This document shows, piece after piece, positions 8,731-19,300 of a stretch of DNA of 51,766 nt. The DNA lies in assembly GCA_046760145.1 (NCBI GenBank), contig JBHIDO010000003.1, positions 1 through 51,766 on the forward strand, read 5' to 3'. The number at the start of each line of letters is the position of its first letter. Within the stretch, counting starts at the first letter, position 1. The DNA comes from Candidatus Aenigmatarchaeota archaeon (GTDB lineage: Archaea > Aenigmatarchaeota > Aenigmatarchaeia > Aenigmatarchaeales > Aenigmatarchaeaceae). Position numbers and translations under genes: made by a program. The notes beneath the pieces were generated by a model. The model ran no database searches, was not told the DNA's origin, and was given only the letters and a program-made list of their open reading frames with translations.

Positions 8731-9028
8731 TAAACATGAAGTTCAATTGACCATCTTGTTATCATTTAATCAAAAGGTGTTCGGATTTCTCATTACTTCA
8801 TTTCAACCCTTCCACTACAATGTTAATTGTAATGTGCACGAATTTGCTGTCATAACTCAATTTGTTTTAATTCATCCAGCAATCATACTTGATAGTATGA
8901 TTTCAACGGTGAAAAAGAAAAAGCATCATCTAGTCGCCTATTCAGCAAGGTTCCAATGAAATTAAAAATCTGACATGTTCTCACCAAGTAAAAATTAATT
9001 GTTCTTCAAAACTATTTAAAGATTTCTA

Positions 9029-10240
9029 TTAAATGAATTTTAAAATTTCTTCTATAAAATCTCTAATATCTATTAAAGGTCCTAATTTGCAACTTTCTTC
9101 ATCAAACCTTTCTATTTTGTTTGGACTAATTCCCTTTGTATAAATAGTAAATGGGAATTTTCCTTTAACATGCATACCTGTTTTTGTAGAAGTAATGTGA
9201 TCTGATGTTACAACTAATAAAGTTTTTTCAAAATCTACATATTCTAAAATTCTTCTGAAAACCTCTCTATCTATTTTTTCAATAAAAATTCTCTTTAGAG
9301 CAATTTTTTTATCATGTGCAGCAACATCACAACCCTTTATATGAAGAATTACAATTTGATTTTTATTTAAAATGTCTAATGCTTTCAAGGTTTTTTCTGC
9401 TAAGTTTGTTTTTAAATCACCGGTTGCACCAGAAACATCTAAAACTTCCATTTCCATTGTTCTACAAATCCCCTTTATAACAGGAGCTGCAGCTACACAT
9501 GCCCCCTTTAAACCAAATTTATTCTCAAATGATTTAACATATCTATAAGAACTAGCTCCTCTCAATAAAATATAATTTGCAGGTAATTTTCTAAACTTAT
9601 TTGCAGGATGATTCTCTAAAATCTTATGAGTTTCTTCTTCAAATTTATTTAATGCTGCAGCTGTTTTGACAGAAACAGAATCATAAATAGATGGTTTTAT
9701 TTCTAATACTTCTTTTCCATTTTCCATTGGATCAGAATCTGTTACATTAGGAGAAATATCAACACTACTTACTTCTACAACACCTCTATACCCTAAGGAT
9801 TTATAGAAATTTACTTTAACTCCATTTAAAAAAAATTCTCTTATATTTTTTGACATTTCAAATAAACCAGAATTATCTCTTCCAGCTCTTCTATCAATCA
9901 CAACCAATTCTGGTTTAAATTCTCCGGTTTTAAACTTATCTTCAACTTTATCCTTAACAGTTGCAAAATTTGCTCTTAAATAAACATTTCCATGTATAGG
10001 TTTTAGGTTAATTCCTCTAGCTTCCAAATATCCTCTTCCTGGATAATCTTCTTTAGAATATCCTAATAAAACAAATGTTGACAAACTCGAATCTATATGT
10101 TCTAAGTTATTTTCTATTAAGCCTGCAAAACCATTTTTTGTCAATATATCTAAATTTGGTTTAAATGCTAATTGTAGGCTTGTTTCTTCAGAATCATCTG
10201 CTATTCCACTCAAAATCACAAATAAAATTTTTTTAAGCAT
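9029..10240 (-). CDS. apgM: Archaeal 2,3-BPG-independent phosphoglycerate mutase family
   Basis: PNLD, GRGYLEA, RANFAT, DRRAGR, HIKGCDVAAHD, TSDH motifs. Confidence 0.88.
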   Translation of the reverse strand: MLKKILFVILSGIADDSEETSLQLAFKPNLDILTKNGFAGLIENNLEHIDSSLSTFVLLGYSKEDYPGRGYLEARGINLKPIHGNVYLRANFATVKDKVEDKFKTGEFKPELVVIDRRAGRDNSGLFEMSKNIREFFLNGVKVNFYKSLGYRGVVEVSSVDISPNVTDSDPMENGKEVLEIKPSIYDSVSVKTAAALNKFEEETHKILENHPANKFRKLPANYILLRGASSYRYVKSFENKFGLKGACVAAAPVIKGICRTMEMEVLDVSGATGDLKTNLAEKTLKALDILNKNQIVILHIKGCDVAAHDKKIALKRIFIEKIDREVFRRILEYVDFEKTLLVVTSDHITSTKTGMHVKGKFPFTIYTKGISPNKIERFDEESCKLGPLIDIRDFIEEILKFI

Positions 10241-10291
10241 ATAATAAAGATTTATATATTTAACTTAAAATAATAATATCATATCGTATAG

Positions 10292-10501
10292 GTGGTCGAC
10301 ATATCAAAAAAATTTAAACTAGATAATTACGATTTCTTTTTAATATTAATAGTAATAATATTATTATTTGTAATAGTTTCATCAACATTTGTATCAGAAG
10401 AATCAAATGTTATAACAGAAAATATAGTAAAAGAAATAACCGAAACGCCAACTGGTATTACAGGTATGATAGTAAAAACTAGTGTGAGAGTGGTCCCATG
10501 A
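10292..10501 (+). CDS. Small single-TM protein
   Basis: One TM helix then GITGMIV; stop overlaps the next start (ATGA). Confidence 0.6.
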   Translation: MVDISKKFKLDNYDFFLILIVIILLFVIVSSTFVSEESNVITENIVKEITETPTGITGMIVKTSVRVVP

Positions 10502-11538
10502 GCAAATATACTCCACTTTTGGTTGTGATTGTTGTAATCCTGGTATTATTTTTATTATACCAGAATTTTGAATCTGTTATTACTTCTGTCACAGGACTGT
10601 GGTCAGCATGGAACTGGAGCTGGTCCAATGTTAGTGTTGGAGCGGCTGCACCTGTAGTTGAAGATGTTTTATTAGAAGATGCTCCTAATGATGGTGGGTC
10701 TAATGTTATAGTTCTTTATGGTGGTAGTAACAAAACAGTTTGGTGTAATGCAACTGTTGTTGATGATAATGGTGGTGCTAATTTCAATACAAGTTGGGCA
10801 AATGCGTCAATATTTGATACAGATTATACAAATTATCAGTCATGTAATCAAGAGAGTGAATGGGATAACAACATGTGTTATTTTGTTCCAAATGAGACTT
10901 ATAATGCAAATTGTACATGGGGGGCAAGAAAAAATGATACAGCACACTATCTTAACTGTACATTTGAGATGCGATACAATGCAAATTATACAAATGAAAC
11001 CTCTAATTTGAACTGGATATGTACTATCAATGTGACTGATGCGGATAATTATAATGGTTCTGGTACCAATACATCAAATGTATCTCAATTATTAGCAGTA
11101 GCTGTAGATTCAGTATTAGAATTTGGGAATATGAACGTTGGTGATTATGGTTGTCAAGGTTGTACTGGATGTGACCAAAATCCTGATACTGTTTGTGAAG
11201 ACCTTAATCATACTGTATGGAATTATGGAAACATACAAATGGATTTAGCATTAAATGGAACAGATATGAGCGGAAGTAATTGTGGTGGTGCAGGTTATAT
11301 CGATGTTCAAGAATTACATTATAATTGTACTTCCTATACTAATAGCTGGAGTAAGATGTCGCCATTAACTGAAACTTCAACATCAGTAAATTGTACAGGG
11401 TTTGATTTGTACAAATCTACTACACCTCAAGGACCACCAGCAGATTCGACAAAAAAATTACCATGGAAATTACATGTTCCATCTGTTTCTGGATATTGTG
11501 AAGGTAATATAACATTCAATGCTATTGATGGGAGATAG
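10498..11538 (+). CDS. Secreted Cys-rich beta protein, candidate filament subunit
   Basis: N-terminal hydrophobic signal, many NxS/T sequons; paralogous to the C-terminal domain of 13380-20363. Confidence 0.75.
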   Translation: MSKYTPLLVVIVVILVLFLLYQNFESVITSVTGLWSAWNWSWSNVSVGAAAPVVEDVLLEDAPNDGGSNVIVLYGGSNKTVWCNATVVDDNGGANFNTSWANASIFDTDYTNYQSCNQESEWDNNMCYFVPNETYNANCTWGARKNDTAHYLNCTFEMRYNANYTNETSNLNWICTINVTDADNYNGSGTNTSNVSQLLAVAVDSVLEFGNMNVGDYGCQGCTGCDQNPDTVCEDLNHTVWNYGNIQMDLALNGTDMSGSNCGGAGYIDVQELHYNCTSYTNSWSKMSPLTETSTSVNCTGFDLYKSTTPQGPPADSTKKLPWKLHVPSVSGYCEGNITFNAIDGR

Positions 11539-11602
11539 TAAGTGTGTATTATTATTCTAATTTCTGGTTAAAGCTTTATATACAGAAATTTAAATTTATA
11601 TT

Positions 11603-12823
11603 ATGTTATTTAAGAAAAAAATATTTTTAGTGTCACTAATATTTTCTTTTTTAATAATTTCAAATATTATTTTTGCTCTTGGTATTGGAGCTAGCCCTGC
11701 AAGAATTCATTTCTCAAATATGTTAAGAGGAGGTTATGCAGAAGCAACTTTAGTTATCAGTAATCCTGGTGATCAAGAAATAATGGTCAGAGTTGGAGCA
11801 GAAGGTGAGATTTCTAATTGGATAAGTTTTGACCCATCAGAACCCTTTCCAATAAGTGGAAAATCTGCAAAAACAGTTGTAATAATGGTAGAACCTCCTT
11901 CTGATCAACCAAATGGAATTTATAATGGAACAGTTATAGCTGTTTCATCACCACCTCCAGGCGAAATAGGAGGACTTGCAGGTGCAGTTGCAGTATCTGC
12001 AGTTGGAATAACTTTACAGGCGCAAATTAATGACATTGAAATAAAGGATTATATTGTTGAGAGGGTTAGTGTTGTAAAAGCAGAAGAATGTAAACCAATA
12101 CAAGTTATTGTTTGGATTAGAAACACTGGAAATGTTAGAATAACTCCTACATTTCATATTGATATTTCAGATAAAGAAGAAACAAAAATATTAAAATCAT
12201 TTGACCACATTGGAAAAGAAATCTTGCCAACAAGAACAGAATATATTTCTATAAAAATTCCTCCTGACTTACCACAAATAGAATGTATTCCTGTTGGTGT
12301 TTATAAATTAAGACTTATTGCATATTTAAATAGTGAAGTGAAACATGATCAGAAATATTATCTTGAGATTGTTCCGAGAGGAACTCTGAGTATAAAGGGT
12401 GAATTATTAGAACTAAATGTAAAAGGAAATGCAACAATGGGGGAATTATTAAAAGTAACAGGTAAATTCAAAAACACAGGAGAAGTTCCTGTTGAAGCAA
12501 AATTAAAAATAGAAGATTATTTGGGTGGAACATTATTAGGAGTTAGTGAAAGTGAAACATTAGAAATATTATTTGGTGAAACTTCAGATTTAACTGTTTA
12601 TTTCACACCATGGATGTTTGGTAGACACAACCTACGTGGAACTGTTTTGTTTTCTGGAAAAGTTTCAAATGAAAAAGAAGCATTTGTTGATGTAGCAGCA
12701 AGCTTATTATTCATTATAGGAATTGTAATAGTAATAATAATCATAATAGCAGTAATTTACTTTATAAGAAAAAGAAAGCCAGAGTTATTTAAAAAATTAA
12801 AAAGAAAAAGAGTGAAAAAATGA
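11603..12823 (+). CDS. Signal peptide + Ig-like domains + C-terminal TM anchor (chaperone/DUF916-like)
   Basis: ALGIGASPARI start of mature chain, NTGNV and NTGEV motifs, C-terminal TM and basic tail. Confidence 0.65.
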   Translation: MLFKKKIFLVSLIFSFLIISNIIFALGIGASPARIHFSNMLRGGYAEATLVISNPGDQEIMVRVGAEGEISNWISFDPSEPFPISGKSAKTVVIMVEPPSDQPNGIYNGTVIAVSSPPPGEIGGLAGAVAVSAVGITLQAQINDIEIKDYIVERVSVVKAEECKPIQVIVWIRNTGNVRITPTFHIDISDKEETKILKSFDHIGKEILPTRTEYISIKIPPDLPQIECIPVGVYKLRLIAYLNSEVKHDQKYYLEIVPRGTLSIKGELLELNVKGNATMGELLKVTGKFKNTGEVPVEAKLKIEDYLGGTLLGVSESETLEILFGETSDLTVYFTPWMFGRHNLRGTVLFSGKVSNEKEAFVDVAASLLFIIGIVIVIIIIIAVIYFIRKRKPELFKKLKRKRVKK

Positions 12824-13308
12824 AATATCTTATTTTATTAATTTTATTTTTTCTTTTATTATCATCTACAATTACTTATGCAAGTATTGTAATTGGAATT
12901 TCTCCTGTTAAACAAAATATTTGTGTTGCTCCTGGTGAAACAAAAAATGTCGAATATATCGTTTCTACAAATTCTAGTCAAATAGAAACTCTTTCTGTTT
13001 ATGTATTAAATTTAACTTGGATAAAATCAGATAAAGAAATTGATGTTTTGCCAAAAATAGGAAAAAGGTTAATACTTAGTGTGAGTCCTCCAATAGAATT
13101 ATCAGAAGGTTCTTATGGAACAACAATAATGGTTTGTAAATTTTATCCAGGTATGATAGGGTTAAAAGGCTGTTTAGAGGGAGAATTATTTGTAAATATT
13201 TCAGAAGAATGTAGTTTATACAAAAAATATTATTTGTTAATATTCTTATTAGATTTAATGGCTATATCAATTGCTGTCTTAATGGTAATAAGGATTCTCT
13301 ATTCTTAA
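12820..13308 (+). CDS. Small Ig-like membrane-anchored protein
   Basis: Signal peptide, IGISP motif like the upstream gene, C-terminal TM. Confidence 0.6.
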   Translation: MKYLILLILFFLLLSSTITYASIVIGISPVKQNICVAPGETKNVEYIVSTNSSQIETLSVYVLNLTWIKSDKEIDVLPKIGKRLILSVSPPIELSEGSYGTTIMVCKFYPGMIGLKGCLEGELFVNISEECSLYKKYYLLIFLLDLMAISIAVLMVIRILYS

Positions 13309-13379
13309 AATGGCTTTACTTACCTCATTTATATGGTAGAAATTAGAATTTATATTATAATATTTTTAGGTAGATTTAG

Positions 13380-16300
13380 GTGGCTTTCACAAAAAAGCAG
13401 TGGGAAGAGTGGAAAAGAAAAAATCCAGAAAAATGGGAAGAAAGAAGAAGAAAATTGTCTGAAAGTCATAAAGGAAAGAAGCTTCCAAAAAAACACAGGA
13501 AAAAGATTTCTGAAAAAATGAAAGGAAAGAAAAAGTCAGAAGAACATAGAAAAAAAATTAGTGAGAGTGTTAAAAAAAGAATTCAAGAAAAAAAATTAAA
13601 AGAACGTAAAAAAATTATAAAGAAACCTAAGATAATACATAGAAAAATTAGTTTTCCAGGTAAGTTAAACTATTATTTTATCACTATTATTATAGTAATT
13701 GTTTTATTTTCTGCAATAATTTTATCTGGGACTTTTTATACAGCATTAATTGTTAGCGAATATGCATGGGCTGAGAATTGGGAAAATAAAACAGAAGTAA
13801 TTGCAGATAAATCAATGGAAAAAATGACATTACACATAATCTTTGATGAATATAAACCAAAAGATTGTAAAGAAGGTATTTATGTAACAGATGGGATTCA
13901 AGATATAGATTTTGAGATTGTAAATCCTGTTTATGTAAATAATACATGTATAGAAACTGATATTGTATTTGAAAATTTAATTTATGCACCTTGTCCAGTC
14001 TGTCCACCAACAACATGTGGAGAATGTATTGAATATAATTTGAATAATGAAAAGTATTGGCAACAAGAATGTACAATTAATTATTGCGATGGAACCACAG
14101 ATTATGAATGTGATTCAATAACATCTGTACAAAACTGTGATCCTAACATAACTTGTAAAGAATATAAAGTTATTACAAATGAAACAACTGGTATTCGTTG
14201 GGCAGAATGTGTGGATTTGATTTTAAAAAATGAAAGTCAAACAAATTCTAGTTATGAAAATAGCACTATTACAGGTTCTGCAATTCTAAAGAAGAAAACA
14301 ACAAAAACATATTATATTTATTTTGGTAAAAAACCAAAACTAGAAATAAAATTTGACAGAGACCCTCAATGTCATAAATGTGGTAAACATAAAGCGCCTC
14401 CATTAGCTAATGTTAATATGAGTATTTCTGCTGATTTTAATGGTACCCTACATAGTGCAACATTTGCTGATTATTATCACAAGGATTGGATTGTCATGAA
14501 TGCTAATGGTGGAAATATTGTTCCTTATAATGAAACTTACAACAAAATTGAATGGTATGTTGGTGATATTAAAAATCATGTTGAAAAATGGTATATTATA
14601 AAAAGTCCTAGAAAAGAAACCCCACAACCTCCTATAAAATATTATTTTCGGTCAGATTTAAATAAAATGAAATCAGATTGGTGGTTAATAATAGTTGCAG
14701 ATCAATTTCCAGAGAATGCTTTAGATGAATTATATGAACCATGTCAAGAATTTATAAATCCTTACTGTACGCCAAATAATGTTACCGAAGGCGTTACAAA
14801 AAATATTTCATTTTATTGGTATACAACTGGCCCTGATACATGGAGCTTTACATTTGAATTACAATTTAATGAATCGGCTGATACAGAGGGCTCTAATGAA
14901 GCTGGTAATTCTACTAGTCAAGCTCCTGACCCTATCGAATATGGTGCCAATTGTAATAATGGTTATTACATATCAGTAAAAGATATATACATAGTTTCAT
15001 GTACAGGATGGAATTGTGATGACAACAATGACGGAACGGTATCAATTTATAGTGTTTCTGAAGTTTCAGGAACGGCTAATATTACTTATGAAGTTGAATT
15101 TTGTGAAGATTACGCAAGAGGGAAATATTTTGATTTTGATCAATATGTAATTTCTGCTGGTGGTCCATGGGATGGAATTCCCATTCCAGATTCTTATGTT
15201 GACCAATGGGGAATTAATATTCAACTACCTCCTCAATGGAATAATCAAGGTCAAAGTGATGATGAAATAAATTCTGGAGACGTAAATTATCTTTGGACAA
15301 ATTGGACAGACTCTTCAGATAATTTAGATTGGGCATGGTTATCAACAAATGAAACCACAAATTGGGTAAATTATACTGATATAACAACGAAAACTTATAC
15401 AATTACTGGTTCAGGAGAAGGAAATAACTATGCTTATTATAATAATTCATCAGTATATTCAATACCTGAGAATTCTGTAGGAAATGAATTTGATACAAAT
15501 GAATATAATAACATATCTATTGATGATGGAGAATACGCAAATCATACCGTACAAACAGGACAATATGCTTTCCATCATTTTAATTTTTCTATTAATGAAA
15601 GTGAAGAAACAATAACGGAACTAAAAATACTTTGGAATGGAATATCAGATACTGCAGAACCCAGTGGAAAGACAACACTATGGATATGGGATGGTAGTAG
15701 TTATGGAGATCCACTTGCTTCTGAAAGTTCAGGTCCTAACGAAGTAAGCCTAATGGTGACATTTGATGATGCTGTTAATATATCAAATTATGTTATTGAT
15801 GGAAGAATTAACATAAAGATTTACTCGGCAGCAGAATCAGGTTTTATTGCAACAGATTACATAGAATTAAATGTTTCTTATGGAAAAGATCATACTTCAC
15901 CAAGGGTTTTAAGAACATATACAGAGAAATTAACGAATTTTACTTGGAATAATACATCTATATCATCAGGAAAAATATGTTGGAAGATTTATGCTAATGA
16001 TTCTACTGATCCTGAAAATGTTACTAATCAAATGTGCTTTGATGTAACCGTAGCAAACACCCCACCAACATGGTCTAACAATCAATCTTATACACCTTCT
16101 ACATATGATCCAAACACATTATCTGAATTTAATGTAACATGGCAAGATTCTGAAACAGATGTTGATACAGTATTTATAGAAGGAAATTGGTCTACTTGTC
16201 AAAACAACTGTACCATGGATAATCTGACATACGGAGGATCAATATATAACTATTCAGAAGTTTTGCCAGCTGGTTTCTATTATTGGAAATCCTATGCTAA

Positions 16301-19300
16301 TGATACACAAGGAGCATGGAATGTATCTGACGTATGGAACTTTACTATTCAGAAAGGTAGTACTGAAACTTATCTTTATCTTAATGATTCTAGAGATAAC
16401 ATAACTGTAAATGAAACTGCAACAGTTAATTTCACGGTTTATACCAATGTTTCTGGAAGATCGGTTGAATTATGGACAAATTATTCTGATGGAAATTGGA
16501 AATTATGGGACTCTTCTAATGAACCATTAATGAATTATACTAAAATGAATGAAGTTGGTTTCTTCAAGTTTACAGGTAATTTTTCAGGTGATCAGAATTA
16601 TACAGGTTCAACCGAAACATTTTATGTGACTGTTCAAGAACTTTATTGTACTGGCTCTGATCCTTACGATGGATCAGATGATTGGACAATTACTGGTGAA
16701 ACTATTTGTGAAAATGAAGACTTTTCATTAAATGGTAATTTAACTGTCAATTCTGGAGGAACTTTAAGATTTATCAATACTACTTTACACGTTAACGGAT
16801 CTAGTGATGGAGAGTACAATATTTTTGTAGACGGTTCTATGTTTATTAACAAAAGCTCTAACATAACTAATGGTGATACAGCAACAGCAGAATTTAGATT
16901 TGAAATTAATTCTGGTGCAACTGCATTTCAGATGAATGATTCTTATTTAAGTGAAGCTGGGTGGCACGCTGATTATCCGGGTTTATCTGTAACAAATGTT
17001 AATGAAATTATCATTAAAAATAATACAATTAATAATGTATATTACGGCTTAAACATAACTTCTTCAAATAACATCGATATTTTGGATAATGATATTGATT
17101 CAGGTTGGACAGGAATATATGTTAATACAAATAATAGTAATATTTCAGGTAATGAAATTTTTAGTACAAATTATAGAGGAATTGATATGAGATCTTCAGA
17201 TAATAATACTGTCTCATATAATGATGTAGATGCTGGTAATGCCTACGGATTATATATGGGTGGTTCAGATAACAATACTTTTCTATACAATAATTTTACT
17301 AGCGATTCTACTGGATTTTACATGTATTCATCAGAAAATAATAATATATCAAATAACAACATAATTAATAACAATGTGAATGGTATTGGTTTTTATTTAG
17401 CAAATAATAACACTTTTTTAAACAATGAAATTACTGGAAATAATAAATATGGAGTTGCTATTGATTTTTGGAGTAGTAATAATACATTTAAAAATAATAC
17501 TATTGAAGGAAATTCTGAAGGAGTTTACATACTACAATATTCAAATAATTCTTTATTTATTAACAATACAATTAAAACAACCGGAAGTACCACATATGCT
17601 TTCTTTAGTGAAAATTCAACTGGTACAGAAGTCTATAATTCAACTCTTATAAGTGTTAATAATCTTAGGGACGTTAATTTGAGTGAAACTGGAAATTTGA
17701 CTTTTGTAAATGTTGATTTTAATAAAAGTGCAACAAATTTCGAACCAGGATCAACAGCTGAATTATTTGTGAAATGGTATGTCATAGCTAATGTTACTGA
17801 TACGTCCAACAATCCAATACAAGATGCAAATGTAACAGCTTATAATGTTTCTGATATAGATGTGTGGTGGAACTACACGAATGCAACTGGTTTCACAAAC
17901 TGGACAATTATTCAAGAATATTGGCAAAATGCAACTAATAAATATTTTCAAACAAATTATACCTTCAATGCTACGAAATCTGGTTATGTTGAAGGAAGTG
18001 AAGAAGTTAATGTAACTGAGAACGTACAAGTTAACATAACATTAAGTATAATTGGATGTGATCCTCCAGCATCTGGAAATTGGAATATAACAGAAGCTGA
18101 TAATATAGTATGTGAAGATAAAATAATATACCTCGATGGAAATTTGACTATTTATGGAAATTTGACTTTCTTAAAAAATGTAACATTAAAACTGAATTTA
18201 ACACATAATGGACATGAAAACATAACAGTTTTCAATAATGGTAATTTCACAATAAGAAGTCAATCTAACATAACAAGTAATGATACAAGTTATCGTTTCC
18301 CATTTATAGTTAAATCTGGATCTAAATTTGAAATGAAAGATTCTGAATTACATAAATGTGGTTTTAGCGATGCTAGCCCATATCTGAAAACTGGATTAGT
18401 AATTCGGACAAATAATACAGAGATTATAAATAATACATTTTCATTTAATTACTGGGCTATTCAATTGTCAGGTAGTACATGTTGTCACGAAATAGAAAAT
18501 AATACATTTTACAATAATACATACGCTGTAATTTTAATAAGTAGTTTTGGAATGAATAATTTTAGCATAGTTAATAATACAGTTTATAATCATACAAAAT
18601 ATGGTATTAGTATTTGGCAAACATATATGGCATCTCCAGAATATCCTATTAAATCATTTATAAACATTACTAACAATACTGTCTATTATACAGAAGGAAA
18701 TACAGGATATGGTATAAGTGTATGGGGATTGGCAAATAATTCTGTAAAATATAATAAAATATACAATAATACAGACGGCATTTATCTTTACATTGCTGAT
18801 AACAATACTGTATCTGACAATAATATATCACACTCAAGATATGGTATTCAATTACATTTTGCTGATTTTAACAACGTCAATAATAATACAGTATATAACC
18901 AAACTTATGGGATTTATCTCTATGTTACTAATAGTAATAACACGATTGAAGATAATGAAATATTTAATAACAAAGAAGGAATATACGGTTATGAATATGA
19001 AAATTATAATAATACTTTAAAAAATAATACAATTTATAATAATGATTATGGGATATATCTAAAAAAAGATAACGAGGGTAACATAATCGAAAAGAATGTA
19101 ATTTATAATAATGATGATGGTATAATATTTTATATCAATAGTAATAATACAATAACAGATGATAATAACATATCATTTAATTCCAGATATGGTGTAGTAA
19201 GCGTAGAGTCTTATTTAAAAATAAATGTAACTGAAGTGGAAAATAATACAAATGGTAAAGTTCTATTTGCTTGGTCAAGTCGTGTTCATGCAATAAATGC

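Noticed and set aside
4696-8959. Short ORFs at 4696, 4715, 5484, 6634, 6738, 7049, 7192, 8188 and 8687
   Set aside because: They overlap rRNA, its leader or the antisense of the intron ORF; no coding signal
8731-9000. Possible 5S rRNA or tRNA upstream of 23S
   Set aside because: No 5S or cloverleaf motifs; treated as transcribed leader
13333-13521. 62-aa ORF as an alternative first exon or frameshift partner of the giant gene
   Set aside because: No BHB hairpin or clear slippery signal found; the giant ORF has its own GTG start
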